Part shown: positions 26,020 to 38,800 of the stretch, one piece after another | Layout: the number at the start of each line of letters is the position of its first letter | How positions within the stretch are numbered: the first letter of the stretch is position 1 | From: Azolla caroliniana | Taxonomy: Eukaryota; Plantae; Polypodiophyta | Assembly (NCBI GenBank): GCA_043228905.1 | Contig: JBHGNT010000014.1 | Coordinates: 10,850,001-10,914,000, forward strand | Reading direction: 5' to 3' | DNA length: 64,000 bases | Translations under genes and position numbers: made by a program | Notes under the pieces: model-generated | The model's database searches: none | What the model was told of the DNA's origin: nothing | Seen by the model: the letters and a program-made list of their open reading frames with translations, nothing else

Positions 26020-27841
26020 TGACAGGAACTACACGCTCCCAATGAACAATGCTAGGCCACAACCGAGCTTAGAATCAAAACACAGAGAAACGGTGTCGTG
26101 CCTTTCGGCTCTGGATCGTTGCATGAGTCGGGTGGGAATCGCCGAGGTTTTGGACTAGGAGGAAGAGGAATACAACTTAAGGCTAGTTATGAATAATAGG
26201 AAGAGAAGTAAGATAGCAATATCGTGAGTCCCACGAGTTTAGTGTGTTTTAAAACAATATTTAGATTATAAGAATAATTTAGATGGCAAAATTCGTGAAT
26301 CCCACGAATGTATTAGATTGATCAATTCTTCTATATTAATCAACAACCATATACATATTTTTCTCCTCCTTATATAAAGATGGAAGAGGCTAAGCATGGC
26401 TTCATGCTTTTTCACCTAAAGTGTCCATGCACACTAAATGTGCATGTGATGCTTTGTCATTTCCTAAATATAGGGCTCATGCACGCTAGATGTGCATGAG
26501 TCACTTTTAATGTCACGTGTAAATAAAATATTCGCACTCTAAAGAATACATGATTTTTACCTTTTAATAAAGGTATGTGTAAATAAAGGTCTTATACGTA
26601 TTAAATCTATATTTATAACACTAAAGATAAGTTATTACAATGGTAAAGTTGGGGTTTATCTACGTGGAGGTGCATGGTTCGAATCCTGCCCTATGCACGT
26701 GATAAATTCTTTTGATATATTATTTATTTATTTATATGTATCTAAAATCGGATATATTATTTTATGGTTTTCACGTAGTGTGTGGAATACACTACGACAA
26801 CGGGGAATGAATGCACGACACAATGGAGAGAAGGGAACATAGGATGTTAACGTGGAAAACCCAAACTAGGGAAAAAACCACGGCAGCTCACAGACTGCAA
26901 ACTATCACTATGTCAGAATGTACAAATGGTAAAGCACCGAAGCAACGACCTTGAGCTTTCTATCTTCGCCACAAGCGGCGGTTACAACAGAGGCAACGAC
27001 CTCTTCCTCTCTCTCACTCTCTCTGTACACAGTTGCACGCTCTAATCTTGCACCAACAAGAATGACAACTACTTATTACTAAGTTTTCCCTAAGTCATAT
27101 TTATACTAATATGACTTTTCGGCTATTTACAAATATAGCCCCGATGGACTCTCAGAAAACATATTTACGAATATGTCCCTTCATCCGGTGAGCACTTCTC
27201 ACTGGGCCTTCATCATCCGGCTCTTGTCGGGTACTACTCATCCGGTTCTCACCGGGTCCTCCGTAGCCGGGTACTCATCCAATTCTCACCGGGTCTTCCA
27301 TAGTCGGGTACTTGTCATCCGGTTCACACCGGGTCTTCCGTAGCTGGGTAGTCCACATACGGTTTCATTTGACGGAGTATCCATTTGACCGCGTTCTAGT
27401 GCTCCTTGCCGGGATTGCTCATAATCCGGCTTACCACTCCGACTGCGTATCCTATATCCGGTCGGGTACACACCATTGCATACATTAAGCTCCCGACGGC
27501 AGAGGCATATGGAACCTTCATCATATCTGCCTTCTATGTTTTTGTCTTCGGGATTTGCTTACCTGATAACCTGCAGTTTGTCGGATGTGTCGATCCGACC
27601 GGTTTTGCTTCTAACATGTTGAACCGCTGAAGCAACTTTGTCACGTATTTCTCCTGTGACAGCCATAGTTGCTTCGTTGGCCGGTTCCGGATGATATCCA
27701 TCCCCAGCATTTGTCTTGCTGGACCCAAGTCTTTCATCGCGAAGGTTCGGTTGAGAGCCTTCTTTAGCATCCGTATTTTGGCTTGGTTCTGTCCGGCGAT
27801 CAACATGTCGTCCATGTACAGAAGGAGTATCAGGAGGTCGT
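26020..27841 (-). mobile_element. Inverted fragment of a related copia copy: partial LTR (26020-~27360) plus RT fragment
   Basis: Reverse complement of the X-family LTR; ORF 27534-27815 (MDDMLIAG...MKDLG) on the minus strand. Confidence 0.85.
26094..26799 (-). mobile_element. Solo LTR related to the 18815-22366 element
   Basis: tgtcgt...acgaca ends, reverse-complement similarity to 18815-19557, 4-bp TSD ACGG both sides; B box GGTTCGAATCC at 26676-26686. Confidence 0.9.
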
Positions 27842-30800
27842 TTGAACCTAATATCAGCCGGTCGGGTAGATGATGAAGGCTACACGGGTAGCATCCGGAA
27901 CGGTGTTATGAAGTTCAGCAAAGGAAGCCTGATTGTGGCTCGGGCCCGGAAGGTCAACACGTTGTACCTGATGAATGGCCGGTTATGCCCGGAAGAAGTG
28001 ATCGTGGCATCCGACACTGCCGGTGAGCTGTGGCACAAGAGACTATGTCACATGAGCGAGAAGGGGATGAAGAGGCTTGCAGAAGACAACCTCATTCCAG
28101 TGAAGAACGTGCACTTGGAGAAGTGCACTGATTGTCTGGCCGGTAAGCAAAACCAGACCTCCTTTCGACCAAGGCAACCAATGAGACGTAATGCACCACT
28201 AGAGTTGGTGCATACTGATGTGTGTCAAGTGGACACGAACTCACATGCAGGATCACAGTACTTCGTGACGTTCATAGATGACCACAGCCGGAAGCTATGG
28301 ACCACACCGTTGAAGACGAAGGATCAGGTGCTATCCGACTTCAAAGAGCTCCATGCGAGAGTGGAAAGAGAAACCAGTCGGAAGCTGAAGGCGGTTCGAG
28401 CAGATAACGAAGGTGAATACCGGGGGCAGTTTGAGGAGTACTATTGCTCGAAGGGAATCCGGCTCGAATTTACCGTGCCGAAGACGTCGGAACTGAACGG
28501 GCTGGCCGAGAGGATGAACCGGACCATAATGGAGAGGGTCCGGAGTATGCTGGCGCATGCAAAACTACCCAAGAAGTTTTGGGCTGAGGCACAGTCAACG
28601 GCGACATATGTGACAAACAGATCACCCTCAGTACCCTTGGACAGAGACACACCACAGAGAGTATGAACCGGTAAGGAAGTATCCTACCGACATCTGAAGG
28701 TATTCGGGTGTCTTGCGTATGTGCATGTATCTAAGGACCGGAGAGGAAAACTAGATCCGAAGACCCGGCCATGCATATTCCTCGGTTACGGCGATGATGA
28801 GTTTGGCTACCGAGTGTGGAACCTGGTCGACAAGAAGGTATTCTGGAGTAAAGATATTATCTTCATGGAGGACAAGACGCTCGCCGACTGGGAGTCGGAG
28901 AAGAAGATAATGAACTTTGAGTCGACCTGTAAGGATCGATTCTACGATGAGCAGACCCAACCGGCAAGAGACCGGATAGCACTCGAGGAACCAGTTGGTT
29001 ACGGTGAGGATATCGAACCGGCAAAAGAAGAAGTAGAGGAAGCTGAAACCGGAACCGGCCAAGACCCCAAATCGGATTTGGATGAAGAGCGAATGGAGGG
29101 CCCAGTTACCGAAGTCCAAAGACGGAGATATCCTCTTAGAGAGAGAAGGGCCCCCCGAAGATTTCCGGATCCAGAGCATGTGCTGCTAACCGATGAGGGG
29201 TAGCCAGAAAGATTCGTAGAGGTGAAGGATGACACCTACAACCGCAAATGGTTAAGTGCCATGCAGGATGAGACGGATTCCCTGCATGAGAACCATACGT
29301 ACGAATTGGTGGAGTTACCAAAAGGAAAGCGGGCACTCCGAAACAAGTGGGTGTACAAGTTGAAACCGGGAGATGCCGGCAACCCCCCGAGATACAAAGC
29401 GAGGATCGTGGTGAAGGGGTCCAGCAGAAGAAGGGCGTGGACTTCGGCGAGATATTTGCCCTGGTAGTAAAGATGACCTCCATCCGTACAGTGCTGAGTA
29501 TAGCGGCAAGCATGGATCTCGAGGTAGAGCAGCTAGACGTGAAGACGATATTCCTTCACGGTGACCTCGAAGAGGAGATCTACATGCAGCAGCCGGAAGG
29601 ATTCGTGGAGAAAGGGAAGGAGCACCTGGTATGTCGGTTGAAGAAGAGCCTGTACGGATTGAAGCAGGCTCCCCGACAATGGTACCAGAAGTTCGACTCC
29701 TTCATGACCGATCAAGGGTACCACAAGACGCATGCTGACTTCTTGATACTCCTTTTGTACGTGGACGACATGTTGATCATCGGACGGAACCAAGCCAGAA
29801 TACGGATGCGGAAGAAGGCTCTCAACCGAACTTTTGCGATGAAAGACTTGGGTCCAGCAAGACAAATGTTGGGGATGCATATCATCCGGAACCGGCCAAC
29901 AAAGCAATTGTGGCTGTCACAAGAGAAGTACGTGACAAAGGTGCTTCAGCGGTCAACATGTTAGAAGCGAAACCGGTCGGATCGACACTCCCGGAAAACT
30001 GCAAATTATCCGGTAAGCAAAGACCGAAGACGAAAATAGAGAAGGCTGATATGATGAAGGTTCCATATGCCTCTGTCGTCGGGAGCTTAATGTACGCAAT
30101 GGTGTGTACCCGACCGGATATAGGATACATAGTCAAAGTGGTGAGCCGGTTTATGAGCAATCCCGGCAAGGAGCAGTAGAACACGGTCAAATGGATACTC
30201 CGGTACTTGAAGGGCACTTCAAATATGTGTCTCTGATTCGGCTCCGGAAAACCTCAACTTGACGGTTTTACGGATTCGGGCATGTCGGCTGATGTGGATA
30301 GCAACTGGTCCACATCCGGGTATGTAATGACATATGCAGGGGGAGCTGTTTCGTAGCAATCGAGGCTGCAAAAGATGGTTGCGTTGTCAACCACGGAGGC
30401 GGAGTACGTGGTGGCTGTGGAAGCCGGCAAGGAAATATTATGGATGAAGGAATTCATCGGAGAGCTCGGTATCCGACAAGATGAATACCGGCTCTATTGT
30501 GACAGTCAAAGTGTCATCCACCTTGCTAAGAATGAGGCCTACCATTCCCAGATGAAGCATATACAACGAAGGTATCACTGGATCCGGGAAAGAGTAGATG
30601 ACTAGGAGTTTGCGCTGACGAAGATCCACATGAACGGGTCAGATATGCTAACCAAAGTATTGATACCCGACAAGCTGGATGCATACCAGAAGCAGATCGG
30701 ACTAGTAAGACATCCCATGCCAGAGTGAAGGGGTAGTTTGTTAGGAAACAGGTCCTTCCGGATGGGAAGTGAGAAGACCTGGTGCGAATCGGATGTGGAG

Positions 30801-31083
30801 TACTCGGCAATGGAAGACCCGATGAGAACCGGATAAGGAGTGCCAGGCAACAGAAGACCCGGTGAGAACTAGATGACATGTGCCCAGCAAGCGCCGGATG
30901 ATGCAGGCCCGGTGAGGAGTGCTCACCTGATGAAGGGACATATTCGTAAATATGTTTTTGAGAGTCCATCGGGGCTATATTTGTAAATAGCCGAAAAGTC
31001 ATATTAGTATAAATATGACTTAGGGCAAACTTAGTAATAAGTAGTTGTCATTCTTATAGGCGCAAGCTTAGAGCACAACAGTG

Positions 31084-31145
<62 letters not shown>

Positions 31146-33027
31146 CGAAGAGTTTGTATCTCTGTTGTAACCGCCGCCTGTGGCGAAGACAGTGAACAAG
31201 AGGTCGTTGCCTCTGTGTTCATCTATTGTGTATTATCACATAGTGATAGTTAGCAGTTAGTGGACTGTCGTGGTTTTTCCCGTGTTTGGGTTTTCCTCGT
31301 AAACATCCTGTGTACTCTTCTCTCCATTGTGTCGTGTATTCATTCCCGTTTTCTGTGTTTGATTCTAAGCTTGGTTGTGGCCGAGCGTTGTTCATCGGGA
31401 GCGTGTAGTCCTTGACAAGAAGTGGATTTCGACGAGATCTTCACCCCGGTAGTAAAGATGAAATCCATCCGGAAAATATTGAGAATAGCAGCCAGCATGG
31501 ACCTCGAGGCAGAGCAACTCGTGTGCTGACTAAAGAAGAGCTTATACGGACTGAAGCAATCTCCTCAGCAATCTTCATGACCGACCAAGGGTACCCTTCA
31601 CAAGATGCAAGTTGACCACTGTGTGTTCGTGAAGAAATTTAACGGAGGCGACTTCCTGATACTCCTACTATATGTGGATGACATGTTAATCATCAGACGA
31701 GACTAAATCAAGATCTGAATGCTGAAGAAGGCCCTGAACCGGACTTTCCCAATGAAATATTTGGGTCCGGCAAGATAAGTATTAGGGATGCACATAATCC
31801 GGGACTGGTCGAAGAAGCTGTTGTGGTTGTCACAAGAGAAGTACATGACAAAGGTGCTTCAAAGGTTCAACTTGTTAGAGGCGAAACTGGTCCGATCGAC
31901 ACTTCCGGCAATTGCAAGTTTTCCGAAAAGTAGAGCCCGTAGACAAGGCAAAGAATTCGGATATGACGAAGATACCATATGCCTCTGCCATCGGAAGCTT
32001 AATGTACGCAATGGTCTACACCTAGCCGGATATTGCATATGTTGTCGGAGTAGTTAGCCGGTTCATGAGCAATTTGGAAAGAGAGCAGTGGAATGCAGGA
32101 GGGATTCACGGATTCGGATATGTCGACTGATGCTGATACTAGCCAGTCCACATCCAGATATGTCATGACTTACGCAATGGGAGCTGTATCATGGCAGTCA
32201 AGGTTGCAGAATTCCATTGCACTATCGACAACGGAAGCAGAGTACATGGCAACTGTGGATGCCAACAAGGAAATAATCTGGATGAAGGACTTCATCAGAG
32301 AGCTAGGGATCCGGCAGGAGGAATTCCGGCTCTACTGTGACAGTCAAAGTGCCATCCACCTTGCAAAGAATGCGGCCTACCATTCCTAGACGAAGCACAT
32401 TCAGTAGAGGTACCATGGGAGAGAGTAGAAGATCAAAGCTTCATGCTAACGAAGATCCACACGAAGGAGAACGGATCGGATATGCTGACCAAGGTGCTAT
32501 TAGCTGAGAAACTGGACACGTGCCGAAAATGGATTGGATTAATGAGAAATCCCATGCCGGAGTGAAGGGGGAGTTTGTTAGGAAATTCGGTCCCTCTGGA
32601 TGGGATCTCGATGAGAACCGGAGGAGCCGGATTGGACGAGTCGGATGAATGAACCAGATCCGGAAGGGTTCTGGAGGAGACCCGGAAACCAGATCGAGTG
32701 AATCCGGATGGATACGGTGCCATCCAGATCGAAGGACATATGTGTAAATATGTTTCATGGTTAGCCTATTGAGGTTATATATGTAAATAGCCCAAAAGTC
32801 ATATAATTATAAATATGAATTAGGGCAATCACTTTATGTGAATGTGGTGTAGTAGTGTTTGTATCATTGTTGTACACAAAGTGTGAGAAAGCGAGAGAGA
32901 GATACATAACTAGTTTCTGTTCTAACCGCCGGCTGGCAAAGACATAGAGCTCGAGGTCATTGCCTCTGAGTCTCACATTGTATTCCTCCCGTCATAGTGA
33001 TAGTTGGAGTCTGTGGGCTCCCGTGGT

Positions 33028-33700
33028 GATGAACTCCAGATCATCCAATGAAAACCGGCTTGAGGGCACAACAACTTACCCGGTTGAAAACCGGATGTTA
33101 GTCGGTAATCGGATGACACTCGACTAACGGGCCTGATTTAGACAAGAAACCGAACTGACCGAAGAAGAAGACACCAGAACCGAACAAGATCCCAAATCAG
33201 ATTCGGATTCAGAATAGACGGAGGAACCAATTGCCGAAGACCAAAGACGGAGATACCCTCTCAAGAAGAGAAGAGCCCCCCGGAGATTTCCAGATGGAGA
33301 GCATGTATTGATGACCAATGAGGGGGAGCCGGAACGCTTCAAAGAAGCAAAGAAAGACACCCACAACTGCAAGTGGTTGAGTGCCATGCAGGACGAGATA
33401 GATTCCCTGCATGAGAACCACACATATGAATTGATGGAGTTGCCGAAAGGAAAGAGAGCACTCCGGAATAAGTGGGTGTACAAGCTGAAACCGGGGAGAC
33501 GCCAGAAATCCAAAGAGGTACAAGGCCCAGATCGTGATGAAGGGTTTCCAACAGAAGAAAGGTTTGGATTTTGATGAGAACTTTGCCCTGGTCATAAAGA
33601 TGACATCCATCCGGATGGTATTGAGCATAGCAGCAAGCATGGACCTCGAGGTAGAGCAACTGGACGTCAAGACGGAATTCCTACATGGAGACCTCGAAGA
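33028..33700 (+). pseudogene. Extra copia INT-RT linker and RT fragment
   Basis: Paralogous to 23860-24400; ORFs 33308-33574 (NKWVYKLK) and 33534-33731 (QLDVKTEFLHG). Confidence 0.8.
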
Positions 33701-34380
33701 AGAGAAATCGTCGTGGAATAAATCACAATAGACAAATCGTGCGTTGAAATACGAATCACACAGAAATGCTAGAAATAACAAAGACAAGATAAATGACAGA
33801 TGTACACAAAGATTTACGTGGAAACCCTGAGATGGGAAAAACAACGGGAGAACATAATCTTCACTATAGATAGTGTATATACAAAACACTGAGAGAAATA
33901 CAACACTGTGTCGAGTGTATTAGCCGCACAGGGCTCTTCGCGTTTGCTGTTACACGCACAACTATGGCGCGGCTCTCTCTTCTTCTCTCTCACGCTCTCC
34001 TACACACTACAACTTTTGTTTCTACTCCGTTCGTCACACATTAAAAGTTTGCCCTAGTTGCATATATGCCTACACAACTTTTCTGGCTATTTACATACAT
34101 AGCCCTTATGGGGCGCACTCTTAGACTATTTACAAGTATAGCCTCCCGAGTTGGCTATTTACACGATTCCGATTTCGGCCGAGGCCGAGTTCCTCATCAA
34201 CTCGGCTCCTGTTTTCTGACTCTTCGACTATCAACTTTCCGAACAGTCGGATCATCCTCCCACTGGAGGGACATATTCCCAACAAACCTCCCCTTCACTC
34301 CTGTGGGAGGAAATCTGTCAGTCCTGTATTTTGTCGACAGACTTTGAGTCTGTCTATAGGTAGGTTCTTCGTCACAACAA
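33700..34380 (-). mobile_element. Copia 3' LTR (to 34284) with PPT and last piece of internal sequence
   Basis: Similar to the LTR at 797-1442; ends cccaaca, followed by aacctccccttcactc (minus-strand PPT). Left edge is approximate. Confidence 0.75.
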
Positions 34381-34396
34381 TAGTGTTTTTGAACAA

Positions 34397-35848
34397 TTGA
34401 TGCAACATTTCTTTGAATCCCAAAACCTTGATTCCACCCCACTGAGCCCAAGTACTGATAATGTCCAAACAGTTCCCACTGTACTGGAAAAGCTAGTGCA
34501 AGACGCGGCTGACCTGCAAGCTGTTGCTGAGGTGATGGAAAGGTTGTCGGAGGAGGACACACATGGGTCAAAGAAGCAAGGCTAAATGGGCAACCGGCTA
34601 GAAAAAGGTTGAAGAAGGGGCCACGATCGGGGACAAGACCAATTACTCGGTCAAGGGGCTCTTGAATTGGAGCGAAATACTTATTAGTGGGATATGATTG
34701 TTAGCGATTTTCCTAGGGTTTTATGAAGTTTTACTATGATCTATTTGGACAAGTAAAACCTCAGATTGGTTGTTGCTTGATCCACATTATCTAATGGAAC
34801 TCTATGACGTTTCTCCAAGATAATTATGTTCATGTTTCTATGATGGAAAATATTTCATGTTCATTATGGTGTTTTCTAATGTTGCAGAGTCTAAAGGGTT
34901 CGAACCTATTGATCCTAAGGCTGATGGCAGTGTGGAAATTGTTGATGTTGCTGCATGCTTAGAGGGCCACAACTTGAAAGTAGATGTAGCAACTGATACA
35001 AATGATCTGGTCACGCAAGTTGATCAAGCATGTGGCACAAATGATCTGATTTTGCAGGTAGATGCAACATGTGATACCAGTGGGCTGATATCGACCAGAT
35101 CAGTATCTACATGCACTAAGCCAATGACTAAGTGACAACACAAAAGCACCAGAATGTGAAGCCAGGCCTAACACAATTGACCAGGGGTTTGAAGAGGAAA
35201 AGGACACCAATTGTGTTGACAGAACCTGAGTTGATTGAAATTGATCGTGTGCTACCAGTAATTGGTGTAAAAGAGGCTCAGTTACAGGAATGGAAACCTA
35301 AACCATTAGAAGTCGAAAGAAGAGCCTTGATCTTGGAGCTTGATAAAGTCCTAATGAGTGTGCGATATATGACACCAAGGAGGGACACAAATCAATTTCT
35401 GGAGTGGGTTGTGCAATACTTTGATTTTTTTATTTGGAGAGCAAAACCACGTACAGATGTGTGGAAGTGTGTAGAAAGATTCTTCCCGAAGTGGCGACAA
35501 CATTTCAAGGGTTAGTGGACACGAGAGAATTGTGAGCAGAATGATGTTGCAAGATTCAAAAGACTTTCTGATTTTTGGAACACTAGGCCAGATTATAATG
35601 CCGACAATACGTTGATTCTGGATACAGAACATTTCCGACATTACTTCAACATTTGCAGATGTTGTCTCATTCTACCCGATCAAATGCATGAACACTATTT
35701 GGTGAAAACATTGAGCTGCCAACTAGCTACATGGTCGTGAACTCCATACCGAGCTCAGTATGCAGATATATGTAGAGAAGTTCCACTAACCAGCAAGAGC
35801 TTAGTTGTTTATAGGCGATTTAAAGACATTGGCAATGGGATGTTATAA
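34397..35848 (+). pseudogene. FCP1/NIF-like HAD-fold (pseudo)phosphatase gene, decayed, probably spliced
   Basis: Reading through stops gives ALILELDKVL...RRDTNQFLEWVVQYFDFFIW...WTRENC...FKRLSDFW...YNADNTLILDTE, the motif order of FCP1-homology domains; candidate acceptor ttgcag at 34882-34887. The 5' extent is uncertain. Confidence 0.55.
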
Positions 35849-35883
35849 ATATGTACTTTTCTACCACTTAATCAATGAAGGAT

Positions 35884-38800
35884 TGTTGAGAATCGAACTC
35901 AACTTCCCATAGATAGGTTTCACACTAGCTCGTGGACATGTTGGGCTAGTTTTGTAAATAGTAGAAAGGGCACTTGCCCTAGATTAGTTGGTATATAAAC
36001 CAACGCATTGTAACTTAGTAGCTGGTGGATGTTTTATGCTCTAATGAAATTTTGGTTAATAGACAGTTTGTCCATTTTTGTCTTAAGAGCTCACTCTCTC
36101 TCACTTTCTCTCTCTCTGTCTTGAGACACACACACACTCACTCATCTTCCGCTGCATTACAACCACTCTTGCCTCTTCATTTCTTTACATGGTATAAGAG
36201 CGTGTGGTTGCTTGATCAAGCATTTTGGACTGTGTTGTGCTACACGCCGACGATCAACAGAACTGGCCCATCGACAGAGAAGAAATCACCATGAATACTC
36301 AAATGGGAAGCGCTCTTCCTACCGAGAAGCTCGGCAGAACGAACTTTGCATCTTGGGAATACAAGATGCATCAATATCTTGTCGGACAAGGCTACTAGAG
36401 CTACATCGAAGGAGGTCACGAATCACACCCCTACCCAACACACACCGACTATCCCGCTTGGGAGCAAGCTGCAAGCCGTGTGTTGTACTGCCTTGCATCA
36501 TGCGTTCATGATCACATGCTTGGCTACATTCGAGAGGCAAAAATGCCGAAGCAGGCATATGAAAACCTCAAGAAGATTTTTGCAGCCAATATGGCCGCAT
36601 GAAAGCTCCAACTTCGACAAGAGCTGAACAATCTTCAACAAAGGGACATGTCAATCGGCAACTACACCTTGAAGATCAAGGAGTTGTGCGATGCCTTTGG
36701 ATCAATCAATGTTAGCATTGACGAAGAAGAAATGGTGTAGATATGCCTCGGTGGCTTGGCACCACACTTTGGTGCAATAAGATCGGCCGTTCTCGCGAGA
36801 GAGAATCCTCCCTCCTTTTTTGACCTCCAGTCATTGTTGCTAGTTGAAGAGAATCACTTGCGTCAAAGGACCAACACACATGACGGACAAATGCTATATT
36901 CAAACTTCGATGAAGGAAGAGGACAAAGTCACGGAAGGAGAGGTCGATTCAGCCAGGGCCAACACAACCAAGAGCATAACTCCCACCAATGGCAAGCGGA
37001 CAAAAACAACCCTAGAGAGTTCGGCGGAAGGGGGAGTCATCACGCCGGACAAAGCAACCGTAGGAATCCAGTTGAGTGCGGGTACTACGGAAAACCCGGC
37101 CACTACGAAGAGGAGTGTCGGAAGAAGAAGCGTGAGCAAGGCTGACAACTAACAAATTACGCCACGAACTCCGACAACGGCGACCACGGCGGAATGTTCA
37201 TAATGAAGCACGAAGCGCACTCAATGTCCGCACTTGCATCAACTACCGCTTCCACTCTGAATAGCATATGGTTTGTCGATTCAGGAGCCTCCAATCACAT
37301 GACGTCCCATGAAGATTGGTTTCGGGAACTACAGAAACCCGAATGTCCCGGGTATGTCGAAAGGGGAGATGACCCGACTCACCCCATACAGCATATTGAA
37401 AACTTCCCATTCGGAAACGACGGCAAACAGACCTACCTCAAGAACATGCTGCATGTCCCCACCATTACAGAGAACCTGGCTTCAGTCGGCTAGATTGTCG
37501 AATAAGGAATGCAAGTACGCTTCAATAATGATGGATGCTTCATCGAAAAAGGCGATCAAGTCATAGCTCACGGCCATCGTGAAGGCCGTATGTTCATCCT
37601 CGAATCGAGCGAGGTACGCAACGGGCCTGAAAGTCGAAACTGACTTAAAATTGTGGCACAATAGAATTGGCCACATTAATCTCGAGAAACTACAAAACAT
37701 GTAATCGAAAGGAGTTGTAATCGGACTCCTGAACTTTACGGCAAAGGAGATTATAGGTGTATGCAAAGCATGTCAGTTAGGAAAGCAACGCCATCAGCCA
37801 TTCCCTAACGAGCGGAATGTGAGCAAAGGGATCCTAGATGTAATACATTCAAATGTATGGGGACCAGCCCAAACTGCTACATTTGGCGAATGTCAATACT
37901 ATGTCATGTTCATCGACGACTTCTCCAGGAACACCTGGATCTATCTGATGAAGCACTTCCAGACATTCAACGCTAAAGTTGAAAAAACTACGAGTCGGCA
38001 AGTACGCTGTCTTCTATCAGATGGAGGCAAAGAATATTTTTCGAATGAATTTATGACATATCTCCGAAAAGAAGGAATCCGACGAGAGTTCTCGTGTCAA
38101 CACACGCCTCAGCACAACAATGTAGCAGAGCTTAAAAATCGCCATGTAGTAGAAGTTGCACGAGCCATGATGAACGAGAAGAACCTGCCAAAATCATATT
38201 GGGCAGAAGCTGCGAATACGGCCATATATCTCATGAACAGATGCACAACCTTGGGTGTACACGATATAACTCTGCTTGAGAAGTTCTTCGGAAAGAAGTC
38301 AGACTTGTCACATGTCCGCATTTTCAGTTCTATCGCCTACGTACATATTCCCGATGATACGCGGCAAAAGCTTGACTGAAAGTCGGAGAAATGTATCCTC
38401 GTAGAATACTCACTCGAACAGAAGGGGTACAAATGCTACAACCCATCTACCCGTAAGGTTCGAACAAGTCGAGATGTAGTCTTCGACGAATACGCATCCT
38501 GGTACGCACTAGAGAATATGTCGACTCCAACCCCACTCGACGCGGATGACATTTAAATAGAAATAGAAGTTGGGGATCAGCTCTCACAGATGTTAGAAGA
38601 CAACCCAATTACAACACGGCTGAGTGGGCCATCAGAGCCGCCGAGCGATGAAAGAAAATCTCGGCCGAGTCCGAAGTTGGACAAAGGGAAGGAAAAAATG
38701 CAGGAATATGAAGATCAGTTCTAATTCGGATCGACCCACTCCCTTGATAGTGAGTTCGAAGGCCTTGACACCGGGACAGACAGCGTGAAGAAAGCTTTAG

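Larger units (their letters stand above)
24405..31417 (+). mobile_element. Tnt1/Tork-like copia 'X' nested in the RT of element W, internally rearranged
   Basis: LTRs 24405-25070 and 30739-31417; TSD AGAAG both sides; PBS 25074-25085; PPT 30723-30738; gag with a large deletion, CFYCGKPAHFQKN knuckle, PR (WVVDSRASFH), INT 27842-28666, RT 29347-29964 (YVDDM), RH 30375-30605. Confidence 0.92.
18188..33027 (+). mobile_element. Tnt1/Tork-like copia 'W', decayed, host to two nested insertions
   Basis: 5' LTR 18188-18680; PBS 18684-18695; gag from 18709 resuming at 22371; INT 22799-23830; RT 24230-24404 resuming at 31423; RH 32093-32389; PPT 32560-32575; 3' LTR from 32576, truncated near 33027. Confidence 0.85.

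Noticed and set aside
35889-35948. Fourth LTR family with an antisense Pol III promoter
   Set aside because: A B-box-like AGTTCGATTCT exists at the copia LTR start, but there is no convincing A box at 43 nt.
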